Assembly: GCA_944389235.1 (NCBI GenBank)
Contig: CALXLO010000003.1
Span: 1,223 to 65,222 of the forward strand
Direction of reading: 5' to 3'
Length of the DNA: 64,000 nucleotides
From: an uncultured Alphaproteobacteria bacterium
GTDB taxonomy: Bacteria; Pseudomonadota; Alphaproteobacteria; Rs-D84
The position numbers and the translations under genes were made by a program. How positions within the stretch are numbered: the stretch's first letter is position 1; each line of letters starts with the position of its first letter. Shown piece after piece: positions 1-9,127 of the stretch. The notes below the pieces were generated by a model, which did no database searches, was not told where the DNA came from, and saw only the letters and a program-made list of their open reading frames with translations.

Positions 1-1717
1 GCCATTTTGAAAATATTGTTTTATCACCGCTATGATATTTTTTCCAAACTACATCGGGTATATCTGCCCCAGTTGCACGGGTCAAATCTATTGCTTGTTC
101 GTGCATTTTCTCGAACATTTTTTCACTTTGTTTCAAAAAGTCTTGACTGCTGACACGACCGTATACTTGGGTTGTCGGCGCAGTATTAATTGCGTCCATC
201 GGTGCAGCAGCACGCGCAACCATCATTTGTTTGTTCAAAGTCTGCATTGTATTCACAGCCTTGGCATAATCAGCCATCAAATCTATCATTTGTTGGCGCG
301 ATTGTCCGGCTAAATCTTCTAGTTTATTGGCTGAATCAGCCACCGATGTTGTAGATTCTGAAACAGTTTGTTTCATTAAATTAATTTTTTCATTTAATGA
401 TGCAACAATCTGCTGCAAGTTTTCACCGGTCGCCACAGAATCACGCGCCAAATCGGGCAGGGCAGAAAAATACTTTTCAATCAATTCAGACAACGGCTGT
501 AATTGCGCGGTCGTTTCAGCCGACATTTTTATCAAGTTTGCAGACTGACCAGACAATTGTGTATGTGCCGTATTCATTTCTATCAATGTTTCACGCACAC
601 CGGTTGCCATTGCTTTGACAGATTCTGAAAACGCCCCCGCCGCAGTCTTGGTATTTTCCAGTGTTGTATTTGCAACCCCAGACACCGTTTTTAATTCACT
701 GACAACGCCGGTTGCAAATTCTTTAATTTCACTGTTAAACCGATTGGTCAATGTCGCCAATTCATTTGATATCGCACGCACAGACGATTCTGTCGCTGTT
801 GCAGATGTCATAAGTGTTTCAACAGCATCGGTCAATTTACGCACCTGTTTTTCTATGGACGATTCTGCCAAGCGCACTTGACCACCAACAACATTTGCAG
901 TGTTGGTCAAAGTATTCATTTGATTTGTCAGATGCTTTTTTGCCTGGTTGCTGAAAGAGTCCACTTTTTCTATGTGTCCCGCCAGCAATTTATCATTTTT
1001 ATCCATCAGTTCTGCATAATCAGTTGCAGACTTTTTAACATTGTCAAAACCATCGGCAACAGATTTAGTCAATTCAGACAAACGCTGGTGCATGCCGTCA
1101 TATTCGGAATTAATACTTTTCATTTGTTCATCGCAAATATCAAATTCATTTTTTAATTGGTTTGACAACTTATCACCAGACGCAACCCATAAATCAATTA
1201 CATTTTGAATTTGTGAAACACGGTCTGTTGTGTCTTGGGAAACAGTATCAATTTTAGATAACAATTCATTGACATTTGCAGAAAATCTTTCTGTTGATGT
1301 CGCAACATCATTCCAGCTGACAGATTCAACAACACCCCGCAAATCAGATACAGTATTGTCCAGCCGTTGTGCCATAACCGCCATCTTTTTGGTCGCATCA
1401 TCAGCATTTGAAACCATCTGTGCATTTTGTTCGCCCAACATTTGCTTTAATTCATTTGCGGCGGCAATTTGCGCACTTAACGCATCACGCATAGTTTGAA
1501 AGCCAGATTCCAGTTTTGCCATTTCATCTGCCAGCATAGTATTTAATACACGCGTTGCATCTTGGACGCGGGCGCGTTCTGGCCGCATCATCAATGTAAT
1601 TAATGATTGCATTACCCGTTGAGATTTCCTTGACGAGAAAAACAACATCCCCAACGCAACCAGTAATAATCCACCCAATGTCCCACAAATTATCCAAAAA
1701 ATTTCTGACATTTCCAT
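1..1717 (-). CDS. Membrane-anchored alpha-helical/coiled-coil protein, 5' partial at window edge (at least 572 codons). Begins MEMSEIFWIICGTLGGLLLVALGMLFF (N-terminal TM helix). Then a long heptad-like helical region rich in A/E/K/L/Q/T/S.
   Basis: Manual translation of the minus strand from the ATG at 1717 gives an uninterrupted reading frame to position 1. Frame consistency was checked at positions 1717, 898, 358 and 67. It is absent from the ORF track only because no stop occurs inside the window. The plus-strand ORFs from 32 to 1499 are antisense artefacts. Confidence 0.6.
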   Translation of the reverse strand, partial: MEMSEIFWIICGTLGGLLLVALGMLFFSSRKSQRVMQSLITLMMRPERARVQDATRVLNTMLADEMAKLESGFQTMRDALSAQIAAANELKQMLGEQNAQMVSNADDATKKMAVMAQRLDNTVSDLRGVVESVSWNDVATSTERFSANVNELLSKIDTVSQDTTDRVSQIQNVIDLWVASGDKLSNQLKNEFDICDEQMKSINSEYDGMHQRLSELTKSVADGFDNVKKSATDYAELMDKNDKLLAGHIEKVDSFSNQAKKHLTNQMNTLTNTANVVGGQVRLAESSIEKQVRKLTDAVETLMTSATATESSVRAISNELATLTNRFNSEIKEFATGVVSELKTVSGVANTTLENTKTAAGAFSESVKAMATGVRETLIEMNTAHTQLSGQSANLIKMSAETTAQLQPLSELIEKYFSALPDLARDSVATGENLQQIVASLNEKINLMKQTVSESTTSVADSANKLEDLAGQSRQQMIDLMADYAKAVNTMQTLNKQMMVARAAAPMDAINTAPTTQVYGRVSSQDFLKQSEKMFEKMHEQAIDLTRATGADIPDVVWKKYHSGDKTIFSKW

Positions 1718-1770
1718 CCTGCAATCCCCCCGTTAATCAAAGCCCTGTGTGCTATTGCGACCGATATGCC

Positions 1771-1799
1771 TTGCACTTACCAGAAATATATACTAAAAT
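1771..1799 (+). promoter_or_regulatory. Candidate sigma70 promoter for addA. TTGCAC, then 17 nt, then TAAAAT.
   Basis: -35-like TTGCAC at 1771-1776 and -10-like TAAAAT at 1794-1799 with a 17-nt spacer. An AAGG SD lies just before the ATG at 1824. Confidence 0.35.
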
Positions 1800-1823
1800 C
1801 CTGCTGATAAAGCAAGGTATTAA

Positions 1824-4460
1824 ATGGCACAAAAATATATATTATCACCCGACCAAGATACAGCTGCAAACCCAACCGAAAATGTATGGGTCCAGGCAAA
1901 CGCCGGCACCGGCAAAACCAGTGTTTTGGTTCAACGATTATTAAGAATTTTATTTCGTACAGATGATTTAGATAATTGCGGAATTTTATGCCTGACATAC
2001 ACCAATGCAGCGGCGGGCGAAATGCGCAACAGAATTTTGGTTGCATTGCGTCAATGGGCAATGCTGAACGACCAAGAATTATCAGAATTATTAGATGGTG
2101 TCGCCATAGAAAAGCCGGTGTCCGCAGATGATTTATTGCACGCACGCAAAATCTTTTTCAAATATATCGATAACCCAGATATATTAAAAATTAAAACAAT
2201 TCATGGATTTTGCGAAGAAATATTGCGTCGATTTCCAATAGAAGCCGGCATATCGCCAGCATGGACATTGGCATCAGATGAAACGCAAAGAACATTATTA
2301 CAAGACGCGTTCAGCAAATTAATTAATACATCAAATAACGAACGCGTCAGTGATGCTTTTGCACATATTGTTGGTCGGGTATCTGAATATTACCTGGACG
2401 ATATGTTACAGATTTTAAGTGCACAATATAAAGATTTTTTCCGTATTGAAAATTATGACAACTATCGCAAATACTTCATTGATACAACGCGAAAATTTCT
2501 TGATTTAGATTCGCCAATACAAACGGAAGTTTCCGATGAAAAATTGGAAAATATTATAAAATCAGTCGCCACAGAAATAAACGATACAAATCAGCCGGCA
2601 AAATACTTGATAGATATTATTAATACAACAAAACAATATATTGATAAAACAATAGATTTTGAAAAATACAAGGGTTTGTATTTGCGGTCAGATGGTGGCA
2701 AAAAGCAAAATGTCGCCAAGAAAGACTATCTGGTCGCAGAACAAGAACGCGTCTATTTGTTAAATCAACGCAATGCAAATATAAATGTTTTTAATGACAC
2801 CGTTGCAATGTTTGATTTGTCTGCGGCGTTTGCAAAAATATATCGCGACATAAAAATCCAACATAATATGTTAGATTTTGAAGATTTAATTTTATATACA
2901 CGCAAATTATTTTCAAACCCAGAAACAATGGGATGGGTTTTGTCGCAATTAAATATCAGACTGGGGCATATTTTAGTTGACGAAGCGCAAGACACAGAAC
3001 CACTGCAATGGGACATTTTGCGCATGCTGTCTGGCGACTTTTTTACAGATGGCGACACTACAAAAACACCACACTCGTTGTTTGTTGTCGGCGACACAAA
3101 ACAATCTATTTATGGATTCCAAGGTGCAGACCCGCGCGCATTCATAGCCAGTCGCGAAATAATAAAACGGCAAATAAAACAAAACATGCGCACAATTCGC
3201 GAAATTCCGTTGGAACAAAGCTTTCGTTCATTGCCACCGATTTTGCGCACAACAGATATGTTTTTTAATGACCCATCTGTTATCGAAATGACAGATTTTG
3301 TTAATAACCCGCACCGCAGTTTTCGCAATGGTACAGATGGACTGGTGGAAATACATAAACTGATATCAAAGCAAACAGACGAACAATCATCTGATGATTA
3401 TTTACATAAAATTGCAGACGATATTCAACAGCTGTTAACCAGTGGTGAATTTTTACCGCACGACATAATGGTACTGGTTCAAAAGCGTGCGCCAATGGCA
3501 CCAAAGCTGGTCAAAGAATTAAAACGACGCAATATACCAGTTGCCGGCAGCGACAGAATTATTTTACCACAATTTCCGGCCATACGCGATCTGTTGAACT
3601 TGATTAGATTTTGCATAAATAATGCAGATGATTATAGTTTATGTTGCGTGTTAAAAAGTCCAATTTTCAGATTGACAGAACATGATATTTTTAATATTTG
3701 CAAAATTAAAAATGATGAAAATCGCATAAAAAAATCAGAAAATAATATTACAAATTTAACAACTGTGTTTGATGTCTTGCAAACTAATATGCCAGATATT
3801 TATAATCGCTTGGCGCAAATAAACCAGTGGTGCAAAACCATGGCACCATATTCATTTTTTACAAAAGTTTTGAACACAAATGATACACGCCGCAGCATGA
3901 TTGCTGCACTGGGGAATCAAATCATAGACCCACTGGAAGAATTTATGACAATATGTTTAGCATACGAACGAACACAAAGTGGAACTATGCAACATTTTTT
4001 GAAATGGTTTATAACCGGTGCCAGCGAAATAAAACGCGATATGGACGCATCATCAGGCGTACGCATTGCCACCATTCACGGCAGCAAAGGTCTGGAAGCA
4101 CGCGTGATATTTTTAATAGATACTGTAAAAGTTCCGTCTGGCGACAGTATACTGCCCATTCCGCCAGAATATTGTCATGCAGAATCAGAATATCCTGTGC
4201 CTTGGTTATGGTCGCCACGCAGTGATACATCTGCGCGTCGTGCAGATGCTGCCAACGCATTAAATCATACCAGAATTGCTGAATATTATCGATTGCTATA
4301 TGTTGCGATGACGCGTGCCCGCGACAGATTATATATATATGGATATACATCAACCAAAAACGCCCCAGAAATTTCATGGCACACACAATTATGGCGCGTA
4401 TTATCACAAAAAACAGGCACACCAAATGACGCAGAAACAATCAGGATTTCAGATGAATAA
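1824..4460 (+). CDS. addA: AddA-type ATP-dependent helicase, helicase portion (878 aa). The UvrD-like SF1 helicase motifs are present.
   Basis: N-terminus VWVQANAGTGKTSVLVQRLLRIL (Walker A; ANAGxGKT is typical of AddA). Also LCLTYTNAAAGEMRNRI, VDEAQDT, VVGDTKQSIYGFQGADP, IATIHGSKGLEARVIFLID and LLYVAMTRARDRLYIYG. Confidence 0.8.
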   Translation: MAQKYILSPDQDTAANPTENVWVQANAGTGKTSVLVQRLLRILFRTDDLDNCGILCLTYTNAAAGEMRNRILVALRQWAMLNDQELSELLDGVAIEKPVSADDLLHARKIFFKYIDNPDILKIKTIHGFCEEILRRFPIEAGISPAWTLASDETQRTLLQDAFSKLINTSNNERVSDAFAHIVGRVSEYYLDDMLQILSAQYKDFFRIENYDNYRKYFIDTTRKFLDLDSPIQTEVSDEKLENIIKSVATEINDTNQPAKYLIDIINTTKQYIDKTIDFEKYKGLYLRSDGGKKQNVAKKDYLVAEQERVYLLNQRNANINVFNDTVAMFDLSAAFAKIYRDIKIQHNMLDFEDLILYTRKLFSNPETMGWVLSQLNIRLGHILVDEAQDTEPLQWDILRMLSGDFFTDGDTTKTPHSLFVVGDTKQSIYGFQGADPRAFIASREIIKRQIKQNMRTIREIPLEQSFRSLPPILRTTDMFFNDPSVIEMTDFVNNPHRSFRNGTDGLVEIHKLISKQTDEQSSDDYLHKIADDIQQLLTSGEFLPHDIMVLVQKRAPMAPKLVKELKRRNIPVAGSDRIILPQFPAIRDLLNLIRFCINNADDYSLCCVLKSPIFRLTEHDIFNICKIKNDENRIKKSENNITNLTTVFDVLQTNMPDIYNRLAQINQWCKTMAPYSFFTKVLNTNDTRRSMIAALGNQIIDPLEEFMTICLAYERTQSGTMQHFLKWFITGASEIKRDMDASSGVRIATIHGSKGLEARVIFLIDTVKVPSGDSILPIPPEYCHAESEYPVPWLWSPRSDTSARRADAANALNHTRIAEYYRLLYVAMTRARDRLYIYGYTSTKNAPEISWHTQLWRVLSQKTGTPNDAETIRISDE

Positions 4461-4896
4461 TAAACTGGCAGATATATTAGCGAATATAACACAATCTAAA
4501 TATGCAACTGACACTGGTCGTCGCATACACCGGCAATTACAACATATTAAAAGTCTGGATGCGACCGCATTAGACAACGATTTGATTCGCAAAATTTCTG
4601 AAAATCCAGAAATTGCAGAATTTTTTACCGCGCAATCTATGACCGAAGTTCCAATCGCCGGCAATATTAATGGTCGCTTTGTCAGCCGTCGCATAGACCG
4701 CATATTAATAAATGATACAACACATGAAATAAAAATATTAGATTATAAAACAGATTCAAATACATCTGAACTGCGCGAAAAATACATCGCCCAAATTATG
4801 GAATATGTTGCATTGGTGCGCGACGCATATCCGGGCTATAATGTACATGGCTATGTACTATGGTTGCATGATTTCAGACTGGAACAAATATCATAA
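4453..4896 (+). CDS. addA: RecB-family PD-(D/E)XK nuclease domain, equivalent to the AddA C-terminal nuclease. It is a separate ORF in the +1 frame that overlaps the helicase stop.
   Basis: The ATG at 4453 overlaps the helicase stop (ATGAATAA, TAA at 4458-4460). The protein MNNKLADILAN...GRRIHRQLQHIK...GRFVSRRIDRILINDTTHEIKILDYKTD...AQIMEYVAL carries the His motif, the D / D-x-K triad and the QxxxY motif of RecB/AddA nucleases. Confidence 0.6.
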   Translation: MNNKLADILANITQSKYATDTGRRIHRQLQHIKSLDATALDNDLIRKISENPEIAEFFTAQSMTEVPIAGNINGRFVSRRIDRILINDTTHEIKILDYKTDSNTSELREKYIAQIMEYVALVRDAYPGYNVHGYVLWLHDFRLEQIS

Positions 4897-4937
4897 AAGC
4901 CTTGAAATATCGCACTATGTGCGGCTATAATCCAAAC

Positions 4938-6587
4938 ATGTTAACGCGTTTATCAATATCTAATATTGTTTTAATAGAAAAATTAAACCTGGAATTTGGG
5001 GCCGGGTTAAATGTGCTGACCGGTGAAACTGGTGCCGGTAAAAGTATATTAATGGATGCGTTGGCACTGGCATTGGGTGCCCGTTCAGATGCAGGACTGG
5101 TTCGTCATGGCTGCGACACGGCATCTGTTATTGCAGAATTTGACGCAACTGACGATAAAATACGCGCAATACTTGATGACAATGGACTGGATTGCGATGG
5201 TGAATTATTATTGCGCAGAACATTAACTGCGGATGGCAAAAGTCGCGCATGGATTAATGACATACCAATATCTGTAAAATTATTAAAACAAATCGGTGAT
5301 TGTTTAGTTGAAATTCACGGTCAGTTTGCAAATCACACACTGTTAAATCCAGCAACGCACCGCGATACTTTGGACGCGTTCGGCGTTGCGCATATTGCAA
5401 ACTATTCAGATATTTTAATGCGTGTAAATAAAACATATCGGCAATATCATGACGCGCAACAAAAACTGCAACAATTACAAGATATGCTGGCGCAATCTGC
5501 GGCTGAACGCGAATTTTTAGAACACAATGTTAATGAATTACGCAACTTGAATGTCGCTGTTGGCGAAGAAGATGATTTGGCTGCACAACGCACCGCAATG
5601 ATGAACGCAGAAAAAAATGCAGCGATTTTATCAGACGCAGTGGCGGCATTAAATCCAAACGGTGAAGCGTTAGATGCACAAATATTTTCTGTTGCCCATA
5701 TATTACAACGCATAAAAACAGACCCAAATCCATATTCTGAACAAATTGATACCCTGTATGATGCAGCACAAAAAATATCAGATGTTGCAGAAAAAATACA
5801 ACCGTCCGACCCAGATACAGATACACTGGATTCCATAGAAGAACGATTATTCGCAATTCGTGCCGCGGCACGCAAGCATCGCTGTACAGCAGATGAATTG
5901 CCACAAAAATTAGAGCAAATGTCGGCGCAATTAAATGCAATTGAAAATTCTGATACAGAATTACACCATGCAACCACGGTATGCACACAATGCCGTACAG
6001 AATATATGAACGCCGCCGCAGAATTAACGCTTGCACGCACAAATGCCGCAGAACAAATGCGTAATCAAATATTGGCAGAATTACCAGATTTGAAATTAGG
6101 AAACGCTGACTTTATGGTTTCGCGCACAGAAACCGCGGCGACATCGCACGGATGTGATGATATTGTATTCATGATAAAGACCAATCCTGGCATGCCATTT
6201 GCACCACTGCATCGTGCGGCATCTGGTGGGGAATTGGCGCGTTTTATGTTGGCGCTGCGTGTAGTACTTTCTGCCGATACGACACACACATTTATATTTG
6301 ACGAAATAGATACAGGAATCAGTGGTGCCACCGCCAGTGCGGTTGGAATGCGATTAAACAGATTGGCACAAACATCACAAGTCTTGGTAATTACTCATTC
6401 TGCCCAAGTTGCTGGATTTGCAGATAAACACTTTAAAATTTCAAAACAATCATCTGATGATAAAACGATAACTAATGTTGATGAAATTATCGGCGACGAC
6501 AGAATAAATGAAATTGCACGCATAATCAGTGGTGCAAAGATAACCCCGGAATCATTGGCAACTGCGCGCACATTAATAAAAAATTAA
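4938..6587 (+). CDS. recN: DNA repair protein RecN (SMC-like ATPase)
   Basis: MLTRLSISNIVLIEKLNLEFGAGLNVLTGETGAGKSILMDAL (Walker A), a coiled-coil middle region, and a C-terminal signature/Walker B (GGELARFMLAL...IFDEIDTGISG). TATAAT at 4926-4931 lies just upstream. Confidence 0.85.
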   Translation: MLTRLSISNIVLIEKLNLEFGAGLNVLTGETGAGKSILMDALALALGARSDAGLVRHGCDTASVIAEFDATDDKIRAILDDNGLDCDGELLLRRTLTADGKSRAWINDIPISVKLLKQIGDCLVEIHGQFANHTLLNPATHRDTLDAFGVAHIANYSDILMRVNKTYRQYHDAQQKLQQLQDMLAQSAAEREFLEHNVNELRNLNVAVGEEDDLAAQRTAMMNAEKNAAILSDAVAALNPNGEALDAQIFSVAHILQRIKTDPNPYSEQIDTLYDAAQKISDVAEKIQPSDPDTDTLDSIEERLFAIRAAARKHRCTADELPQKLEQMSAQLNAIENSDTELHHATTVCTQCRTEYMNAAAELTLARTNAAEQMRNQILAELPDLKLGNADFMVSRTETAATSHGCDDIVFMIKTNPGMPFAPLHRAASGGELARFMLALRVVLSADTTHTFIFDEIDTGISGATASAVGMRLNRLAQTSQVLVITHSAQVAGFADKHFKISKQSSDDKTITNVDEIIGDDRINEIARIISGAKITPESLATARTLIKN

Positions 6588-6648
6588 ATATATTGCAAAT
6601 TCAAATAATTTATCTGATAATAAAAAACGACATATTTAGTGGATTGGC

Positions 6649-6758
6649 TTAGAACACCAAAACATTGATTCGTTCTGCTGATATTGTCCCGACTGCGAAT
6701 GGTCGGGATGCTGCCGCATCGCAAGACCGGCGGGGTCATCAATGTTTGACTGTTCTAA
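6649..6758 (+). ncRNA. Candidate structured RNA element. A GC-rich, multi-stem region in an otherwise AT-rich intergenic stretch.
   Basis: Long-range inverted repeats TTAGAAC...CAAAACATTGAT (6649-6667) and ATCAATGTTTG...GTTCTAA (6740-6758). They enclose internal hairpins CCCGACtgcgaatgGTCGGG and CCGCatcgcaagaccgGCGG. A terminator follows directly. Confidence 0.2.
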
Positions 6759-6763
6759 CTCCC

Positions 6764-6792
6764 GACCACTGAAATATGTGGTCTTTTTTTTA
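6764..6792 (+). terminator. Rho-independent terminator after recN
   Basis: GACCACtgaaatatGTGGTC hairpin followed by TTTTTTTT. Confidence 0.6.
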
Positions 6793-6809
6793 ATCAAGGG
6801 ATAGGAATT

Positions 6810-7349
6810 ATGTCAAAACTTAGAACGTTTGCCATACTTTCCGTTGGGGCGACATTGACGCTTTCCAACAGCGCATTCGCTGGGCCATTCACAGACCCAA
6901 ATAAACTGGGCGATTTGATGATGGTTATGGCACCTGCATACGCATTGGGCATGACTGTAATGGAAAAAGATTGGGATGGCACAATCCAACTGGCAGAAAG
7001 CATTGTTGCTGCGCAGCTGCTGACCGAAGGTATAAAAATGCTGGAAATAGAACAACGCCCCAATGGCTCGGACTGGAAATCTTTGCCCAGTGGGCATTCT
7101 GCGGGTGTATTTAGTGGCGCAATGTTTGTGCACAAACGCTATGGCTGGAAACCCGCCTTAATTCCGTATGCAATGGCATTAACGACTGGATGGGCACGCG
7201 TTCATGTACGCGCACACTATTGGCACGATGTTTTAGCAGGCGCAGCAGTCAGCGCATTGTTTACTTGGTTATTAGTTGATAAATACCAAGGACTGGAAGT
7301 TTCCGCAGACCCTGAAAATTTCAGATTGGGATTTCGTATAAAATTTTGA
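6810..7349 (+). CDS. Secreted PAP2-superfamily phosphatase-like protein
   Basis: Signal peptide MSKLRTFAILSVGATLTLSNSAFA. PAP2-like motifs are present: K..EQRP, PSGHS, and R..H...D (VRAHYWHD). Confidence 0.55.
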   Translation: MSKLRTFAILSVGATLTLSNSAFAGPFTDPNKLGDLMMVMAPAYALGMTVMEKDWDGTIQLAESIVAAQLLTEGIKMLEIEQRPNGSDWKSLPSGHSAGVFSGAMFVHKRYGWKPALIPYAMALTTGWARVHVRAHYWHDVLAGAAVSALFTWLLVDKYQGLEVSADPENFRLGFRIKF

Positions 7350-7357
7350 TACGAATT

Positions 7358-8593
7358 TTACAAATGCACTATGCCGTCTGCAAATTCAATTGCTGCCGGC
7401 GTACCACTGTCAGTGCGACTGATGATTTTATTATCTGCGCCACGCACAATTGCATAACCGCGTTGTAAAACATTTTTATAACTAAGCGATGATAACATTT
7501 GCCCCAGATGTGAAACAGACTGGGTCAGTGTTATCATTTTGTTTTGCAAGATTGTTGAAAACTGTGATACAACCAGCATTTGTTGATGTGAATGTGTGAT
7601 TTTTCCATTGATAATAATATCCATTGTACGCCCGATGTCATCCAAACGCTGCATGCGTTCCATAACCATTTGCCGTGGACTTTTTATTACAATTGATTCC
7701 ATACGCGATTTTGCATTTACTAAACGCGTTGTGAAATTTCCTGATAATCTGTGCCATAGATTATCCAGTTCTTGAATCAGTGATAACTTTGTCGGCACAA
7801 CCATTTCTGCGGCACCGGTGGGGGTTGGCGCACGAACATCAGCCGCATAATCAATCAGCATCCAATCTGGTTCATGACCAACGCCCGATATTAAAGGTAT
7901 TTCACTGGCTGCCGCGGCACGAACAACAACCTCTTCGGAAAAGGGCAGCAAGTCTTCCAACGCGCCACCACCGCGTGCAACAATTATAACATCAACATTT
8001 TTTGCACGATTAAAATATTCTATACCCGCCGCCACTTCGGCCGCCGCAGTATTGCCTTGGACAGTTGCAGGATATAGCACAATTGTAACAGGGAAACGTT
8101 CACGCAAACGATTTTGAATGTCTTGGAATGCGGCACCTGTCGGACTGGTTACAACACCAATCCGCTGGGGCAGGCGTGGCAAAGGCTTTTTCCGCGCGGC
8201 ATCAAACAAACCTTCGGCGGCCAGTTTTCGTTTGCGTTCTTCCAGCATTTTCAAAATTGCGCCAACACCCGCCATTTCAATTTCATTTACAATAATTTGA
8301 TAATTACTGCGTGCAGGATATGTTGTAAAACGACCGGTAATTATAACCTCCATCCCGTCTTCCAATTTGAATGGTACGGGCGTACCACGCCAAATAATCA
8401 ATGAAATTGCCGCCCCGGCATCTTTGATTGTCATATATATATGCCCCGATGTCGCGCGTGTAATCTGGGACAATTCACCGCGCACGCGTATCTGGGGGAA
8501 AGCCGTTTCAACAACTTTTTTCAACAGTGCTGACGCATCAGAAACACTGAATATCATATCTGGTTGTACAAAAGGTTGTGGTTTTTCTATCAT
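7358..8593 (-). CDS. xseA: Exodeoxyribonuclease VII large subunit
   Basis: N-terminal OB-fold segment with the typical motif GELSQITRATSGHIYMTIKD. Length is 411 aa. Confidence 0.85.
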   Translation of the reverse strand: MIEKPQPFVQPDMIFSVSDASALLKKVVETAFPQIRVRGELSQITRATSGHIYMTIKDAGAAISLIIWRGTPVPFKLEDGMEVIITGRFTTYPARSNYQIIVNEIEMAGVGAILKMLEERKRKLAAEGLFDAARKKPLPRLPQRIGVVTSPTGAAFQDIQNRLRERFPVTIVLYPATVQGNTAAAEVAAGIEYFNRAKNVDVIIVARGGGALEDLLPFSEEVVVRAAAASEIPLISGVGHEPDWMLIDYAADVRAPTPTGAAEMVVPTKLSLIQELDNLWHRLSGNFTTRLVNAKSRMESIVIKSPRQMVMERMQRLDDIGRTMDIIINGKITHSHQQMLVVSQFSTILQNKMITLTQSVSHLGQMLSSLSYKNVLQRGYAIVRGADNKIISRTDSGTPAAIEFADGIVHL

Positions 8594-8596
8594 GAT

Positions 8597-9109
8597 TTAA
8601 CGATTATCCAATTCTTTTTTTATATCTGCAATAAATTGCGCTTTATTCGGCGTTTTCATATCGCGCATTCTTTTATTAATCGGTGTTCCCAATTCATACG
8701 GCACACGCAGCGGCATAAACTGGTCGCCGGTCGGGTCAAAGGGTATATCTAAAACATTATCGCGCAAAAACACAACCGGCGCATGTTCCCACGCCCCCAG
8801 TTTTATTGCAGACGGTGTCCACAATCCATCACCACCGTATAATTCATATACACATATTGTTGTCAGTGCACAAAAACCCTTGGTGTACGGAACAAAGCCG
8901 TTAAAAGGCAAATTACCAACATATTTTTTGCGAAATGCCGCATCTGCATATTTATTACGCAACACATAGGTTATATCGTGTAAACTATATTGTGCATCAA
9001 TTTTATCCAATACTGCATTATCTATTTGGCGTGCCAAATCCAGAACTTTTTTTGTTGCAGCATTATAATTTTTAATATAGTCATTCATGCTGAAAACTAT
9101 ATCACACAT
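8597..9109 (-). CDS. Hypothetical protein, paralog of the downstream gene (possible true start at 9088, MNDYIK)
   Basis: Shares a colinear pattern with 9128..9703: KKY..G..F..GFC...L..G..W...H...D..LD..FD...D.F...PY.LG. No family recognised. Confidence 0.45.
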   Translation of the reverse strand: MCDIVFSMNDYIKNYNAATKKVLDLARQIDNAVLDKIDAQYSLHDITYVLRNKYADAAFRKKYVGNLPFNGFVPYTKGFCALTTICVYELYGGDGLWTPSAIKLGAWEHAPVVFLRDNVLDIPFDPTGDQFMPLRVPYELGTPINKRMRDMKTPNKAQFIADIKKELDNR

Positions 9110-9127
9110 TTATCAAAATATCAATTT

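Noticed and set aside
32-1499. Six consecutive plus-strand ORFs (73-93 aa) in different frames
   Set aside because: They are antisense to a single long minus-strand open frame (1717 to 1) that reads as a coherent helical protein. They have low-complexity sequence and no RBS.
1524-1724. 66-aa minus-strand ORF starting at TTG
   Set aside because: It lies in an alternative frame overlapping the start of the real minus-strand gene. It has no coding-like sequence.
4315-4452. Upstream extension of the nuclease-domain ORF (MPATDYIYMDIHQ...)
   Set aside because: It overlaps the helicase C-terminus in another frame. The ATG at 4453 directly overlaps the helicase stop and is the plausible start.
5254-6331. 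Minus-strand ORFs of 60-197 aa inside recN
   Set aside because: They are antisense to an unambiguous RecN reading frame.
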